The notes under the pieces were generated by a model. The model worked only from the letters and a program-made list of their open reading frames with translations. It was not told the origin of the DNA and did not search any database. From an uncultured bacterium (GTDB taxonomy: Bacteria > Babelota > Babeliae > Babelales > Vermiphilaceae), in NCBI GenBank assembly GCA_963707655.1, contig OY970172.1, positions 224,001 through 288,000 on the forward strand: 64,000 bases of DNA. Reading direction: 5' to 3'. Each line of letters opens with the position of its first letter. Position 1 is the first letter of the stretch. Positions 26,759-36,987 of this stretch are shown in pieces. The translations under genes and the position numbers were made by a program.

Positions 26759-28212
26759 AAGCAATCCTTATAGCTAGAGTAAGCACCGAAGAACAAAGAG
26801 AAGCCGGCAATTCATTACCTGCCCAGGTAGCACGGCTCGAAAGATACTGCCAAACAAAAGGCTTTAAGGTTGCACAAATTTGTAGCTTTGATGAAAGCGC
26901 CTATACCAATGATCGCTCAGAGTTTGACCGTATAATTGATATCATTTTGGCTCAAACGGAAAAGACCGCTGTTTGCTGCGATAAAGTGGATAGGCTTTCC
27001 CGGAATGTGTTTGATAAGCGTATCTCCATCCTTTATGAAAGAGCTTTAAATGATCAGATAGAACTGCATTTTGTATCCGATGGCCAGATCATTACCAGCC
27101 GTATCTCTGCCGTGGAAAAATTCCAATTCAGCATCAGTCTGGGCTTAGCGAAGTACTATTCAGATGCCATCAGCGATAACGTCAAGCGTGCATTGGAACA
27201 AAAGCTCCGCAGGGGAGAATGGCCAGCCATGGCTCCCTTTGGCTATAAAAATATCACTAAGGCTGATGGCAATACCGATATCATTATGGATGAGTATGAA
27301 GCGCATATTATAAGAACCATATTCGAGTACTATGCCACGGGTGGCTATTCAATCGATCTGCTGCGTATAAAAATTAAAAATGACTATGGGCTCGATTGGG
27401 CCAAGGGGTATGTCTGGAAGATTCTTAACAACCATTTCTTCCACGGTATCATGATCGTAAAAGGGAAGTCATATCCCCATCGCTATCCAACCATCATCAC
27501 CCAGGCGCTCTTTGATCAGGTGCAAAAAGTAAAAGCCAGCTTTAATAAACAGCCGGTTAAATTTGCCGGGCTTCCTTTCATGTATCGCGGCCTTATCCGC
27601 TGTGAGCAGTGTGGATGCGCCATAACCCCCGAGAAGCACAAGGGGCACGTCTATTACCATTGTACTCAATATAACGGCAAGCATGGGGCAAAATGGCTGC
27701 GGGAAGAAAAGCTTACGGAACAACTGGTGGAGATTTTTAAAAGTCTTCAAATGCCAAAAGATGTATTGTTGCAAATAACCGAGACACTCAATGCGGTTCA
27801 TGAAGATAAAGTTGAGTTTCATGAGAAGGAATTTGATAAGCTCACTGCCGAACAGAAAATGATCTCCAAGATGATCGACAATCTCTACCTTGATAAACTG
27901 AAGGGGAGAATTACTGACAGCGAGTATGACAGATTTTACACATCGTTTAGAGATCAAATCACCGATATCAGTATCCGTCTTGAGAAATTACAAGAAGCCG
28001 AAGACAACTATTATGTTACGGCAAAATACCTACTGAATCTGGTTAATAGAGCTTTTGATGTATTTATGAGTTCTGAAGTGGAAGAAAAAAGGCAATTAAT
28101 CAAGTTTATACTATCGAACCTGAGACTAGATGATGAGAAACTGCTCTGGGACAGTGCAAAGCCATTTGATCTGATCCTAAATTGTTCGGATCGACAACAA
28201 TGGCGGAGCTGA
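26755..28212 (+). CDS. large serine recombinase (integrase); stop codon lies inside tRNA-Asp
   Basis: ARVSTEEQ catalytic Ser, DRLSRN, APFGY, zinc ribbon CEQCG...YYHC and a coiled coil. Ends QQWRS* at 28212. Confidence 0.92.
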   Translation: MKAILIARVSTEEQREAGNSLPAQVARLERYCQTKGFKVAQICSFDESAYTNDRSEFDRIIDIILAQTEKTAVCCDKVDRLSRNVFDKRISILYERALNDQIELHFVSDGQIITSRISAVEKFQFSISLGLAKYYSDAISDNVKRALEQKLRRGEWPAMAPFGYKNITKADGNTDIIMDEYEAHIIRTIFEYYATGGYSIDLLRIKIKNDYGLDWAKGYVWKILNNHFFHGIMIVKGKSYPHRYPTIITQALFDQVQKVKASFNKQPVKFAGLPFMYRGLIRCEQCGCAITPEKHKGHVYYHCTQYNGKHGAKWLREEKLTEQLVEIFKSLQMPKDVLLQITETLNAVHEDKVEFHEKEFDKLTAEQKMISKMIDNLYLDKLKGRITDSEYDRFYTSFRDQITDISIRLEKLQEAEDNYYVTAKYLLNLVNRAFDVFMSSEVEEKRQLIKFILSNLRLDDEKLLWDSAKPFDLILNCSDRQQWRS

Positions 28213-28278
28213 TGGGACTCGAACCCACGACCTTCCGCGTGACAGGCGGACGCTCTAACCAAACTGAGCTACAGCTCC
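28201..28278 (-). tRNA. tRNA-Asp (GTC)
   Basis: GGAGCTGTAGCTCAGTTTGGTTAGAGCG...CTGTCAC...GGTTCGAGTCC...CTCCGCCA cloverleaf with encoded CCA. Confidence 0.96.
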
Positions 28279-28300
28279 AAAAAAAGCTTTAAAAAGAGAA

Positions 28301-28376
28301 TGGCTCCTCGGGCAGGACTCGAACCTGCGACCTAACGATTAACAGTCGTTTGCTCTACCAACTGAGCTACCGAGGA
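28301..28376 (-). tRNA. tRNA-Asn (GTT)
   Basis: TCCTCGGTAGCTCAG...CTGTTAA...GGTTCGAGTCC...GAGGAGCCA. Confidence 0.96.
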
Positions 28377-28407
28377 ACACTATTTCAAATCGCATTGATT
28401 TTTTTAA

Positions 28408-28484
28408 TGGTGGGCGGCACGGGATTCGAACCTGTGACCCCCAGTTTGTAAGACTGGTGCTCTAACCAACTGAGCTAGCCGCCC
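28408..28484 (-). tRNA. tRNA-Val (TAC)
   Basis: GGGCGGCTAGCTCAG...CCAGT-CTTACAA-ACTGG...GGTTCGAATCC...GCCCACCA. Confidence 0.95.
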
Positions 28485-28503
28485 CAATCAATGGACTTCA
28501 AAG

Positions 28504-28532
28504 ATTTTAAATGAAAAGAACGTGAAAGTCAA
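28504..28532 (-). promoter_or_regulatory. tRNA operon promoter
   Basis: TTGACT-17 nt-TAAAAT on the minus strand, about 20 nt before tRNA-Val. Confidence 0.7.
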
Positions 28533-28627
28533 AAGCTTTCTTAGTAAAATTAGTAAGAAAAATATAATATTTTTTGAGGCATTTGGGATGCACGATGAAA
28601 AATGCCATTTTTATCTCGTTATCATGC

Positions 28628-29455
28628 CTATGCTGTGGGCATGTATGAGCCGTCATGTTCAATAATTTGGCAATATTTTATGGCGCGCATATCAATCAAA
28701 GGCTCGGTGGTAATGGTGTAAAATAAGCCCTCTGTTTGGTATGAGCGTATTTTACCCAGAGCAAACCCTTTGGGGAAAATAAGGCCTTCACCACTTGAAA
28801 GAAGCAAGTCTTCATAGGCAATATGCGCTAAGTGGCTTACTTTGGTTAATGCGCCGGCATTCAGATCATTGAGGCCATTATAAATGCCACAGGCTTTTGT
28901 TTTGGCACAAGCAGTTGCAACTTTGCAGCTTTTATCGGTAACCAATATCACTTTGCTATACAGTGGATATACATCAACCACGCGGCCCACCAGGCAATTA
29001 TTATAAATCGCCACCATATCGGTTTTGATTCCTTTGCGTGAACCGGCGTCTATCAGAAAATAATGAGACTGTTCTGAAAATTGCTTGGTTAATATTTGGG
29101 CAATAAGAATTTTTTTATTAGTATAACGTTTTTTGAAATCGGTCAGTTCATCGATCTGGGTGTGATAATCGAGTAAGGCATTTAATTCGATATTTTCGTG
29201 CCACGCATTATCACGCTCAACGGTGGCCTTTTGCAGCGCTAGAGTTAATTCATCAACGGTGCGTCGCCGATCAAAAAAATTCTTCAAAGGAGCTACCGCG
29301 CCTCGTTGCATGATCAAGATTGGATACATAAAATAGGAAGAAGAATATTCAAGAAATCCGGGGGAAAAGTAAATGAGGCGGTCAACCACAAAATAGGAGA
29401 GGGCGACAACGATGACGCTCAACAAAAATCCTTTTTTTATGCTTCCTTTTTTCAC
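28628..29455 (-). CDS. mreC: rod shape-determining protein MreC
   Basis: N-terminal TM, coiled coil, IDAGSRKGIK, LVGRV and SSGEGLIFPKG. Confidence 0.85.
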   Translation of the reverse strand: MKKGSIKKGFLLSVIVVALSYFVVDRLIYFSPGFLEYSSSYFMYPILIMQRGAVAPLKNFFDRRRTVDELTLALQKATVERDNAWHENIELNALLDYHTQIDELTDFKKRYTNKKILIAQILTKQFSEQSHYFLIDAGSRKGIKTDMVAIYNNCLVGRVVDVYPLYSKVILVTDKSCKVATACAKTKACGIYNGLNDLNAGALTKVSHLAHIAYEDLLLSSGEGLIFPKGFALGKIRSYQTEGLFYTITTEPLIDMRAIKYCQIIEHDGSYMPTA

Positions 29456-29461
29456 TCTCTT

Positions 29462-30424
29462 TTATCCTCCAAATGATGCTAATACATCTTTAACTTCCTG
29501 AAGCTGTTGTGACTGTACCAATTGTGCGCGTATCCCCGCTGCATTTGGCAGCCCACGCAAGTAAAAGGGCAAATGCTTTCTAAAAGCAAATAGGCCCTTG
29601 GCCCCATAATAGGTTATCATCGAATCCAGATGTTTTATTGCATAATGCACTATCATTTTGGTGTCCGGTTGCCAGAGATTGCCCCTCGCATGTTCATTCA
29701 TTTCATGTAACTTCCATGGGCGGGCCCAAATGCCACGACCAATTAAAAATCCGTCAACGCCGGTTTGGTTATACACCAGTTGGGCGGTTTTAAAATTCAC
29801 CACACCGCCTGAAATAATAACCGGTATAGAAATAGCTTTTTTGACTTCCGCAGCCAAGGCATAATCAGGCTGTCCCTCAAATAGTTGCGTTTGCAGTCTG
29901 GGGTGAATGGCCAAAGCGTCAGCCCCACAATCTTGAATAAGACGGGCAATGTCCACTGCATTTTTTTGCTTAAAGCCGGCGCGAATTTTTACGGTGAAAG
30001 GAACGGGCAATAGTTGGCGAAACAGTTTGAGGATCTTTTCCAGGCGAGCAGGGTCAGCCATAAGCGCCGATCCTGAACCTGAGCCGATCACATTTCTTGC
30101 CGGGCAGCCGATATTAAGGTCAACCATATCAACCCCAGCGGCGAGAATTTTTTCAACAGCGGCTTCTATATAGTCAGTAGTATTCGCGGCGACTTGGTAA
30201 TTAAGCGGTCGCTCCAATTGGCTAAATTTTAATGATTTGGCGCCGCCAACATCATGAGCAACGCAGGCCACATGGCGCATCTCGGTGTACAGCAGCTCTT
30301 CGGGCGAAAATTCGCGCACCAGTTGTCGGAACGGAGAATCGGTAATGCCGTCTAGTGGCCCCCCAATAAAACGGGGAATGGCTATCGAGCCAATTTTAAA
30401 TTTTTCTTGCCAAAAATTCATCAA
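29462..30424 (-). CDS. dusB: tRNA-dihydrouridine synthase (DusB family)
   Basis: GITDSPFR, DLNIGCPA, TVKIRAG and GFLIGRG. Confidence 0.85.
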   Translation of the reverse strand: MMNFWQEKFKIGSIAIPRFIGGPLDGITDSPFRQLVREFSPEELLYTEMRHVACVAHDVGGAKSLKFSQLERPLNYQVAANTTDYIEAAVEKILAAGVDMVDLNIGCPARNVIGSGSGSALMADPARLEKILKLFRQLLPVPFTVKIRAGFKQKNAVDIARLIQDCGADALAIHPRLQTQLFEGQPDYALAAEVKKAISIPVIISGGVVNFKTAQLVYNQTGVDGFLIGRGIWARPWKLHEMNEHARGNLWQPDTKMIVHYAIKHLDSMITYYGAKGLFAFRKHLPFYLRGLPNAAGIRAQLVQSQQLQEVKDVLASFGG

Positions 30425-30598
30425 AAATCTCTTAAAAAATGGGACATATAATCAAGTGATCCTTTTAGTATAAATGCAGAGTGGTAATGGTGCAATAAAT
30501 AGTTAAAAATTACGATACTATTGATTTGTTTATTTTCAACTTGCTAATGTATTTTTGTTGTTGTATGAGACTTTAATTGCCTTTAGGGGAGAATTCTG

Positions 30599-30901
30599 AT
30601 GAAAGTAAAAAATCTTGTATGCGGCATTGTTTTGATGATGGGCATACCGGTGTTTGCTGTTGCAAGCCCAGAAGTTGATAGGGCCAATGCAGAGATTTAT
30701 GCAGTATTTACCGATGCCAATAAAAAAATAGATCAACGTGACTATACCCAGGCAGGGGTATCTATAGAGAAGTTGAAAACAATGGCAAACGATGAACGCT
30801 ACAAAAAACTGGGTCTTGATAAAGATATTAACCGCAAGGTTACTTCGCTAGAAGGGGCATTGAAATTTGCCAAAAAGCATAAGCATGCTGGCGGAAAATA
30901 G
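30599..30901 (+). CDS. secreted hypothetical protein
   Basis: GGAG RBS, signal peptide, 100 aa. Confidence 0.6.
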   Translation: MKVKNLVCGIVLMMGIPVFAVASPEVDRANAEIYAVFTDANKKIDQRDYTQAGVSIEKLKTMANDERYKKLGLDKDINRKVTSLEGALKFAKKHKHAGGK

Positions 30902-30939
30902 GTAGCAATTAAGGACGGGTGGCGTGAGTTGTTGCGGCG

Positions 30940-31749
30940 CTAATTGTGTTCTGATGGCATTTCTATGATCTCAAGAGTTTGTCTTTCGATTCTTTGCTTA
31001 AGCTTCCGCCATTTTTGTCGCGCTGACAACGTGTGTGTTTCTTGCGTGTAGAAGTACAGTCGTTTGATGATTCTATTTCTGACTTTGAGATATTGGGGAT
31101 TATACTCTTCTCCGGTTTCTTCTATTGTGCGCATTGCTCTCGCGGCGCAGTATAAATTCATGTCTGTCAGATCCGATATTAATGAATTGCGTATACCATT
31201 GTGTCCGAGCTCTTTTTGTTGTTTTGTTTGATCGGCATAATCTGCGTAGCGCAAAAAATATTCATTCAATTCGCAACACAGAACAGCATATATTCCTTCT
31301 TCATGGTCATTTTCATCATTAGGCATATAGAGCTCTTGCCAAGCTTTATGCGCAGCAATTGTTATAGAGACGTTGTCACCATCGATGGGTAGTAATTGCG
31401 CGGTTAACGCACTTTTTATTGTTGGTAATTCTTGAGCAAGAATCGCATCGTCAGCGAAACATTGTTTGATAAATCGTTTGTATGTCATCCCTTGTAAATG
31501 CAAATCGGGAAATTGCTGCACACGCTGAAGAATAGTACTCGTCTCTTGAGCGCTTATCTCTATCAATGATTTTCCTGCTATTATTCGATTTCTCCGCGCA
31601 TCTATACGTAGTGTATTGTTCATAATAGCGGTTAATAGTGCATTTGCTTTCTTATGGTCTATTGTCTGCTCTTGTGTGCCGGTACTATCCATAGCGCTGG
31701 CAGGGGATGCGATGATGAGTGAGGCAAAGATGAGGATAGTTTTTTTCAT
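30940..31749 (-). CDS. secreted hypothetical protein
   Basis: Signal peptide ...ASA-MD, 269 aa. Confidence 0.65.
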   Translation of the reverse strand: MKKTILIFASLIIASPASAMDSTGTQEQTIDHKKANALLTAIMNNTLRIDARRNRIIAGKSLIEISAQETSTILQRVQQFPDLHLQGMTYKRFIKQCFADDAILAQELPTIKSALTAQLLPIDGDNVSITIAAHKAWQELYMPNDENDHEEGIYAVLCCELNEYFLRYADYADQTKQQKELGHNGIRNSLISDLTDMNLYCAARAMRTIEETGEEYNPQYLKVRNRIIKRLYFYTQETHTLSARQKWRKLKQRIERQTLEIIEMPSEHN

Positions 31750-32030
31750 GAAAATAGTTCCATTTTTTGAAACCCGTCATTTTGTGTTTTCTTGTTTGGC
31801 TATATTTTATCAAGCATGAGGCGCGATGCAAATATTTTTGACAGTTTGCTCTTTTTTGATTCAGGGGATCAGATCTCTCACGTGCATGGTCTTTCATGTA
31901 TCTGGTCACGCGCCCTGTTTTTTGTTCATTATTCAGCAGTATTCCAATTTTTTTACTTACGAGGGGGCAATGCTTTAAAAGCGGCATGTAAATATGTCAT
32001 AGTGATGACAATACAATACGTGAGGGGGGA

Positions 32031-32885
32031 GTGATGACGACTGTTATTTTCAAGACACATTATTTTTTTGCATGTTTTTATTTTTTTAGTTTTTCCCATA
32101 GTGGTGAGGTAGTAGATAAAAAACCTTTACCGCTTTATTATTGGCATGAAAAAAGTTGGGGAGAAAAGAGAAATTTTGGCGATTATCTTTCTTTAAAAAT
32201 CGTTGAAAGAATCGTACGGACGAGTGTACGCGTGTATAACAAAGACGTTGATAGAGATCGCAAGCTCTTAGCCCTTGGCTCATTATTTACGTACGCGCGC
32301 GATAATGATGTTATCTGGGGAACCGGCGTTAATGGAAAATGGCTCGATCTTAAAAATTACAAATTTACCAGGCTTGATGTGAGGGCCGTGAGAGGGCCGT
32401 TAACGCGTGAATTTTTGTTGCATAATTTTGGCATAGAAGCGCCTGAAATTTATGGGGATCCGGGATTGCTGGTACCGTACTTATTTCCCGAGTTTAAAAA
32501 AAATGAAAATCCTATCTATGATTACATTATTATTCCCCCCTACAATGAAATAGCTTCTTTTGCCGGCATAGACGATGAACATATTGTTTATCCAACAGAT
32601 CCGTGGGATGAGGTGATTAAAAAGATTCTCAACAGCAAATTCGTTATCTCCGGCTCATTGCATGGCATTATAGTTGCCGAAGCATATGGTATTCCTGCGC
32701 GTCTTTTGTACCCGCAAAAAGAGGCTATGTTCAAGTACAGAGATTATTATTTTGGGACCAATCGTTTTGATTTTGAAATCGCCTATTCAATAGAAGAGGC
32801 ATTGCGCATGGGAGGAGAGAAGCCGGTTGTATGTGACGTTCAGAAATTATATGCGGCATTTCCTTTTGAATTCTGGTCGTGCTAA
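32031..32885 (+). CDS. polysaccharide pyruvyl transferase family protein
   Basis: NFGD, WGTG, AVRGPLTR, GDPGLL and SLHGIIVAEAYGIP. Confidence 0.85.
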   Translation: MMTTVIFKTHYFFACFYFFSFSHSGEVVDKKPLPLYYWHEKSWGEKRNFGDYLSLKIVERIVRTSVRVYNKDVDRDRKLLALGSLFTYARDNDVIWGTGVNGKWLDLKNYKFTRLDVRAVRGPLTREFLLHNFGIEAPEIYGDPGLLVPYLFPEFKKNENPIYDYIIIPPYNEIASFAGIDDEHIVYPTDPWDEVIKKILNSKFVISGSLHGIIVAEAYGIPARLLYPQKEAMFKYRDYYFGTNRFDFEIAYSIEEALRMGGEKPVVCDVQKLYAAFPFEFWSC

Positions 32886-32922
32886 TATCCAAGATATGAA
32901 ATATTTATTGGAGAAAGATGAT

Positions 32923-34026
32923 ATGAAGATATTTTTTTTAGTTCTGTTTTCTTTTTGTATCTGTGCGCACGTTGATATTGATTTGGAGGAACATCCGCAA
33001 GAGTTTGTTCTTGAGACCAAACAGATACTGATTCCCGGCTATCCCGGCGCGTTCAATGCATCGGTGATTCGCTGGCAAGAAAAATTGTTGCTCTGTTTTC
33101 GTGCGCGCGATGAAAAAGGGATGTCTACATTTCAGATGGGCTTTGTCTGGCTCGATGATGAGTTTAATCCCGTGAGCAGACCAACGCTGCTTGAAATTTA
33201 TCGCGATCCCTCAACGTTTTCACAAAATCAGGATCCCCGTTTGATAGTGATTGATGAAAAGCTCTATATCCTCTACAGCAACTTTATCACGATAGAAGAT
33301 ATTGGGCCGCGTAGAATGTTTATTGCACAAGTACAGAACGCAGGAGAAAGATTTTTTATAGATTCTCCTCTCTGTTTGCATCCTTTTGAGGGATGGAGCA
33401 AGCGATGGGAAAAAAATTGGGCCCCTTTTATTCACGATGGGGAGCTGTTTTTAGCATATAGTATTGTGCCGCACCGCATTTTTAAACCTTCGTTACAATC
33501 TGGCACATGTCAAACAGTGAGTTCGCCGCTTTCGGCTATTGATTGGCAGTGGGGAGAGTTGCGCGGAGGCACTCCTGCTCTGTTGATCGGTGACGAGTAT
33601 ATTTCTTTCTTCCATTCTTCAAAAGCAATGGCAACGCAGCAATCTGGTGGCAAAAATATACAGCACTATTTTATGGGGGCATATACTTTTTCAGCGCAAC
33701 CTCCTTTTCAAATCACGCGTATGAGCGCTGAGCCGATTGTAGGAAAAAATTTTTATAACGGTCCGTCCTATACGACCTGGAAGCCTTTGCGTGTTGTGTT
33801 TCCTATGGGATGTGTCATGGATGAAAACTTTATTTGGGTAACCTATGGCAGGCAAGATTTTGAAATTTGGGTAGCAAAATTTGATAAGCAGGCATTGTTA
33901 GATTCGCTGATTCCTTGTCCGGTTACGGCGATGTATGCAGATTTTGTAACATCATATGCGCCTCACGCGCCGGCCAAACAACCGATACGAGTTGAGATAG
34001 ATGTTGAGGCAGAGGCGCAAAGTTGA
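32923..34026 (+). CDS. beta-propeller glycosidase/phosphorylase-like protein
   Basis: FNAS, QDPRL, EKNWAPF, LRGGTP, VVFP.G and YGRQD. Paralog of the next gene. Confidence 0.7.
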   Translation: MKIFFLVLFSFCICAHVDIDLEEHPQEFVLETKQILIPGYPGAFNASVIRWQEKLLLCFRARDEKGMSTFQMGFVWLDDEFNPVSRPTLLEIYRDPSTFSQNQDPRLIVIDEKLYILYSNFITIEDIGPRRMFIAQVQNAGERFFIDSPLCLHPFEGWSKRWEKNWAPFIHDGELFLAYSIVPHRIFKPSLQSGTCQTVSSPLSAIDWQWGELRGGTPALLIGDEYISFFHSSKAMATQQSGGKNIQHYFMGAYTFSAQPPFQITRMSAEPIVGKNFYNGPSYTTWKPLRVVFPMGCVMDENFIWVTYGRQDFEIWVAKFDKQALLDSLIPCPVTAMYADFVTSYAPHAPAKQPIRVEIDVEAEAQS

Positions 34027-34059
34027 TCTCTTTATAAAAAAGCTGAGTAGGAGGGGAAT

Positions 34060-35100
34060 ATGAATGCACGAGATATGTTATATACCATGCTTTTTGTACC
34101 GCTTGGCGCCTCTTTGTATGGTGCGCATGCATACGACGATTTGGAAATGCATTCACAAGATTTTGTTCTGGAAACAAAACGGATTATCATACCCGAATAT
34201 CCGCACGCATTTAATCCTTCAATCATACGCTGGAAAGATCGCTTATTGATGAGCTTTCGTGTAATTCCCGATGCAAAACAACCATTCACCTCATGGCTTG
34301 GGCTCGTATGGCTCGATGATGCTTTGCGGCCGGTTGGCAAAGTGAAAAAATTATCTCTACGCAGCAAAGAATCTACCGTGCCTTCCCGCGCAGAAGATGG
34401 TCGTTTAATTGCCGTTGGCAAGAAACTCTATTTTGTGTATAGCGATAATGAAGATGAATTAATTACTCGCGGTGGCTTTAGAGTCTACGTAGCCCAATTG
34501 CAGTGGAACGGTAAAGGATTTGCAATAAAGCATATCGAGCGACTTTGTTCATTTGAAGGCAATGATGAGAGTAAGCGTGAAAAAAATTGGGTGCCCTTCG
34601 ATGATAACGGCACACTTTTGCTATCCTATTCTTTGTCCCCCCATTATGTATTAAAGCCGCTGCTTGGTAATACGGAGCATTGTGCCACTCACGCATTTTC
34701 TGAAGGGGAAATTGATTGGCAATGGGGAGAATTGCGTGGCGGGACCCCGGGCATAAAAGATGGTGATCATTATCTTGCCTTCTTTCATTCATCCAAGCAG
34801 ATGATTACTGCCCATTCGCAGCCAAAAGAGATGCCGCACTATTTTATGGGGGCGTACACTTTTTCATCTACCTATCCTTTTGAATTAACGAGCATGAGCA
34901 AAGAGCCGATTATCGGTAAAAATTTCTATCATGGTGAGACGTACAAGCCATGGTGGGGGTCGGTACGCGTAGTTTTTCCAGGGGGCTTTGTTGCCGATAA
35001 GAACTATATTTGGATAGCGTATGGGCGTCAGGATCATGAACTATGGGTTGCAAAACTTGATAAAAACAAGTTGTATGCAAGCTTGGTTCCCGTTTCATAG
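34060..35100 (+). CDS. beta-propeller glycosidase/phosphorylase-like protein
   Basis: FNPS, EDGRL, EKNWVPF, LRGGTP, VVFPGG and YGRQD. Confidence 0.7.
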   Translation: MNARDMLYTMLFVPLGASLYGAHAYDDLEMHSQDFVLETKRIIIPEYPHAFNPSIIRWKDRLLMSFRVIPDAKQPFTSWLGLVWLDDALRPVGKVKKLSLRSKESTVPSRAEDGRLIAVGKKLYFVYSDNEDELITRGGFRVYVAQLQWNGKGFAIKHIERLCSFEGNDESKREKNWVPFDDNGTLLLSYSLSPHYVLKPLLGNTEHCATHAFSEGEIDWQWGELRGGTPGIKDGDHYLAFFHSSKQMITAHSQPKEMPHYFMGAYTFSSTYPFELTSMSKEPIIGKNFYHGETYKPWWGSVRVVFPGGFVADKNYIWIAYGRQDHELWVAKLDKNKLYASLVPVS

Positions 35101-35142
35101 AAAGTAACATGTATACCGTCATTAAGTGATGCGGCAAAGTTT

Positions 35143-35364
35143 TTAATGTTCTTCTTTTTGAATAATCTTTTCGGGGGAAATTTTCTCTGTGTTATTTTGT
35201 TTTTGCGGTAATCGGATCGATGGAAGTCGTTTTTTACATACAGTGTAAATAATGTTTATGAGCACAGAAGCTTCAAGGCAGGATTGGTTAAAATCGGCGG
35301 AGGGTTGCATGCCGTGGGTAGCGCTGACCGCGAATAAAAAGATGAGACAAATGCCATATTTCAT
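35143..35364 (-). CDS. small secreted hypothetical protein
   Basis: AAGGAG RBS and signal peptide ...THG-MQ. Confidence 0.5.
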   Translation of the reverse strand: MKYGICLIFLFAVSATHGMQPSADFNQSCLEASVLINIIYTVCKKRLPSIRLPQKQNNTEKISPEKIIQKEEH

Positions 35365-35579
35365 ATTTTTTCTCCTTTAAAGATGAACAAAGTCCGGTTC
35401 AGTATATCCTCGGAGCACCAAAGAATGCAAATGCTTTCACCGGTTATGCCCCCAAGTCGAAGGGAAATACCCTTAAAGAAAAGGGTCTTCTTTACAAAAA
35501 CAGTCTTTTCAGCGATACTAGAGTCTATATAATTTTATTTTCCCCTATTCACATGCCCATTTTAAATAAGGATACCCCT

Positions 35580-35789
35580 ATGAAACCTAATATTCATCCT
35601 GCTGTGCATGCAGTAACCGCTCGTTGCGCCTGTGGTAATGCTTTTCCTACAACATCAACTCTTGATGATTTAAAAGTTACCCTTTGCTCAGCGTGCCATC
35701 CATTCTTTACCGGTGCACAAAAATTTGTTGATACCGCTGGTCGTATCGAAAAATTTGAGAAAAAATACAAAAAAAGTAACAAAAATTAA
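35580..35789 (+). CDS. rpmE: 50S ribosomal protein L31 (Zn-binding type)
   Basis: MKPNIHP, CACG, CSACHPFFTG and GRIEKFEKKY. Confidence 0.95.
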   Translation: MKPNIHPAVHAVTARCACGNAFPTTSTLDDLKVTLCSACHPFFTGAQKFVDTAGRIEKFEKKYKKSNKN

Positions 35790-35806
35790 TCGTTCTGTAG
35801 TCAATC

Positions 35807-36883
35807 ATGGCTGTTTCATGGACACAATTAAAAGAGCGGCAGCAAGAAATCACTCAGCAGCTGCTTAACGTATCTCTTGAGAGCTCAAAGCGCAATGCTT
35901 TGCAAAAAGAGCTTTCACGATTGACAACTCTTTTGACCGAACACGAAGAGCTGTTGAAGATTGCACAGGAAATTGAAAAAACTAAAGCGCAAGCGGCTGA
36001 TAATAAAGATCAGGAGCTTGCGCCTTTGTTTGAAGAAGAAATTGCCGATCTTGTACAGCAGCAGAGCAAAAAGCAACAAGAGCTTGATGATTATATGTTC
36101 CCGCCTGATGAGCGTGATGATCGTTCTGTGTTTCTTGAAATTCGTGCTGGTACAGGGGGCCAAGAGGCAGCGCTCTTTGCTTCAAACCTTGCCACTATGT
36201 ATACCAATTATGGCCTGAAAAAAAACTGGAAAGTCTCGGTTGAGGGCTTGAGCAGTACCGATCTTGGTGGCTGCCGGGAAGTGATTTTACATATTCAGGG
36301 TAAAGGGGTTTATGGTCTACTCAAGCATGAATCTGGGGTCCACCGCGTGCAGCGGGTGCCGCGCACTGAAACACAGGGCCGCATTCACACCTCAACTGCC
36401 ACGGTAGCTGTTTTGCCTGAAGCTCAAGAGGTTGAAGTCTCTATTAATCCTGCCGATTTGCGTATTGATGTGTATCGTTCAAGCGGAGCTGGGGGTCAGC
36501 ACGTAAACACGACTGATTCTGCCGTGCGTATTACCCATATTCCCAGCGGCACCGTTGTTGCTTGCCAAGATGAGCGTTCACAACACAAAAATAAAGCAAA
36601 AGCCATGAAGGTTTTACAGTCGCGGATTCTCGCCTTTCAGCTTGAAAAGCAGCATCAAGAGCAGAGTAAGCAACGCAAAGAACAGGTAGGAACCGGTATG
36701 CGCTCTGAAAAGGTGCGCACCTATAACTTCCCTCAAAACCGCGTTACTGACCATCAAGCTGAGGTGACTTTGAGCAAGCTCGATATGGTTATTGAAGGTG
36801 ATATGGAAGAAATTCTACAAGCTTTGCGCAATAAAGAGCGTGACGAGCGCAAAAAAAATCCACTGTTCTGGTCCACCAAATAA
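35807..36883 (+). CDS. prfA: peptide chain release factor 1
   Basis: GGQ motif, PRT (PxT) specificity loop and RTYNFPQNRVTDH. Confidence 0.95.
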   Translation: MAVSWTQLKERQQEITQQLLNVSLESSKRNALQKELSRLTTLLTEHEELLKIAQEIEKTKAQAADNKDQELAPLFEEEIADLVQQQSKKQQELDDYMFPPDERDDRSVFLEIRAGTGGQEAALFASNLATMYTNYGLKKNWKVSVEGLSSTDLGGCREVILHIQGKGVYGLLKHESGVHRVQRVPRTETQGRIHTSTATVAVLPEAQEVEVSINPADLRIDVYRSSGAGGQHVNTTDSAVRITHIPSGTVVACQDERSQHKNKAKAMKVLQSRILAFQLEKQHQEQSKQRKEQVGTGMRSEKVRTYNFPQNRVTDHQAEVTLSKLDMVIEGDMEEILQALRNKERDERKKNPLFWSTK

Positions 36884-36987
36884 ACGTATGAAAATATTGT
36901 TGTTTTTATTGGTACGATTCCATGGTAATATTTCAACTTATTGAAGCATATTGAAAAACAAGCGAGAGATTTTAGAAGGTTATTTAA

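Larger units (their letters stand above)
20946..28206. mobile_element. 7255-bp integrative element at the tRNA-Asp 3' end (large serine recombinase + gene II/X-like Rep + cargo)
   Basis: TGGCGG core at 20946 and 28201. The recombinase ends inside the tRNA and an in-frame tail follows the left core. A tRNA-downstream hairpin lies immediately left of 20946. Confidence 0.8.

Noticed and set aside
20946..28206. Complete prophage or inovirus
   Set aside because: No Zot/pI-like ATPase, coat, capsid, terminase or tail genes are recognisable.
28011..28262. 83-aa minus-strand ORF
   Set aside because: It is a translation of tRNA-Asp plus the antisense strand of the recombinase.
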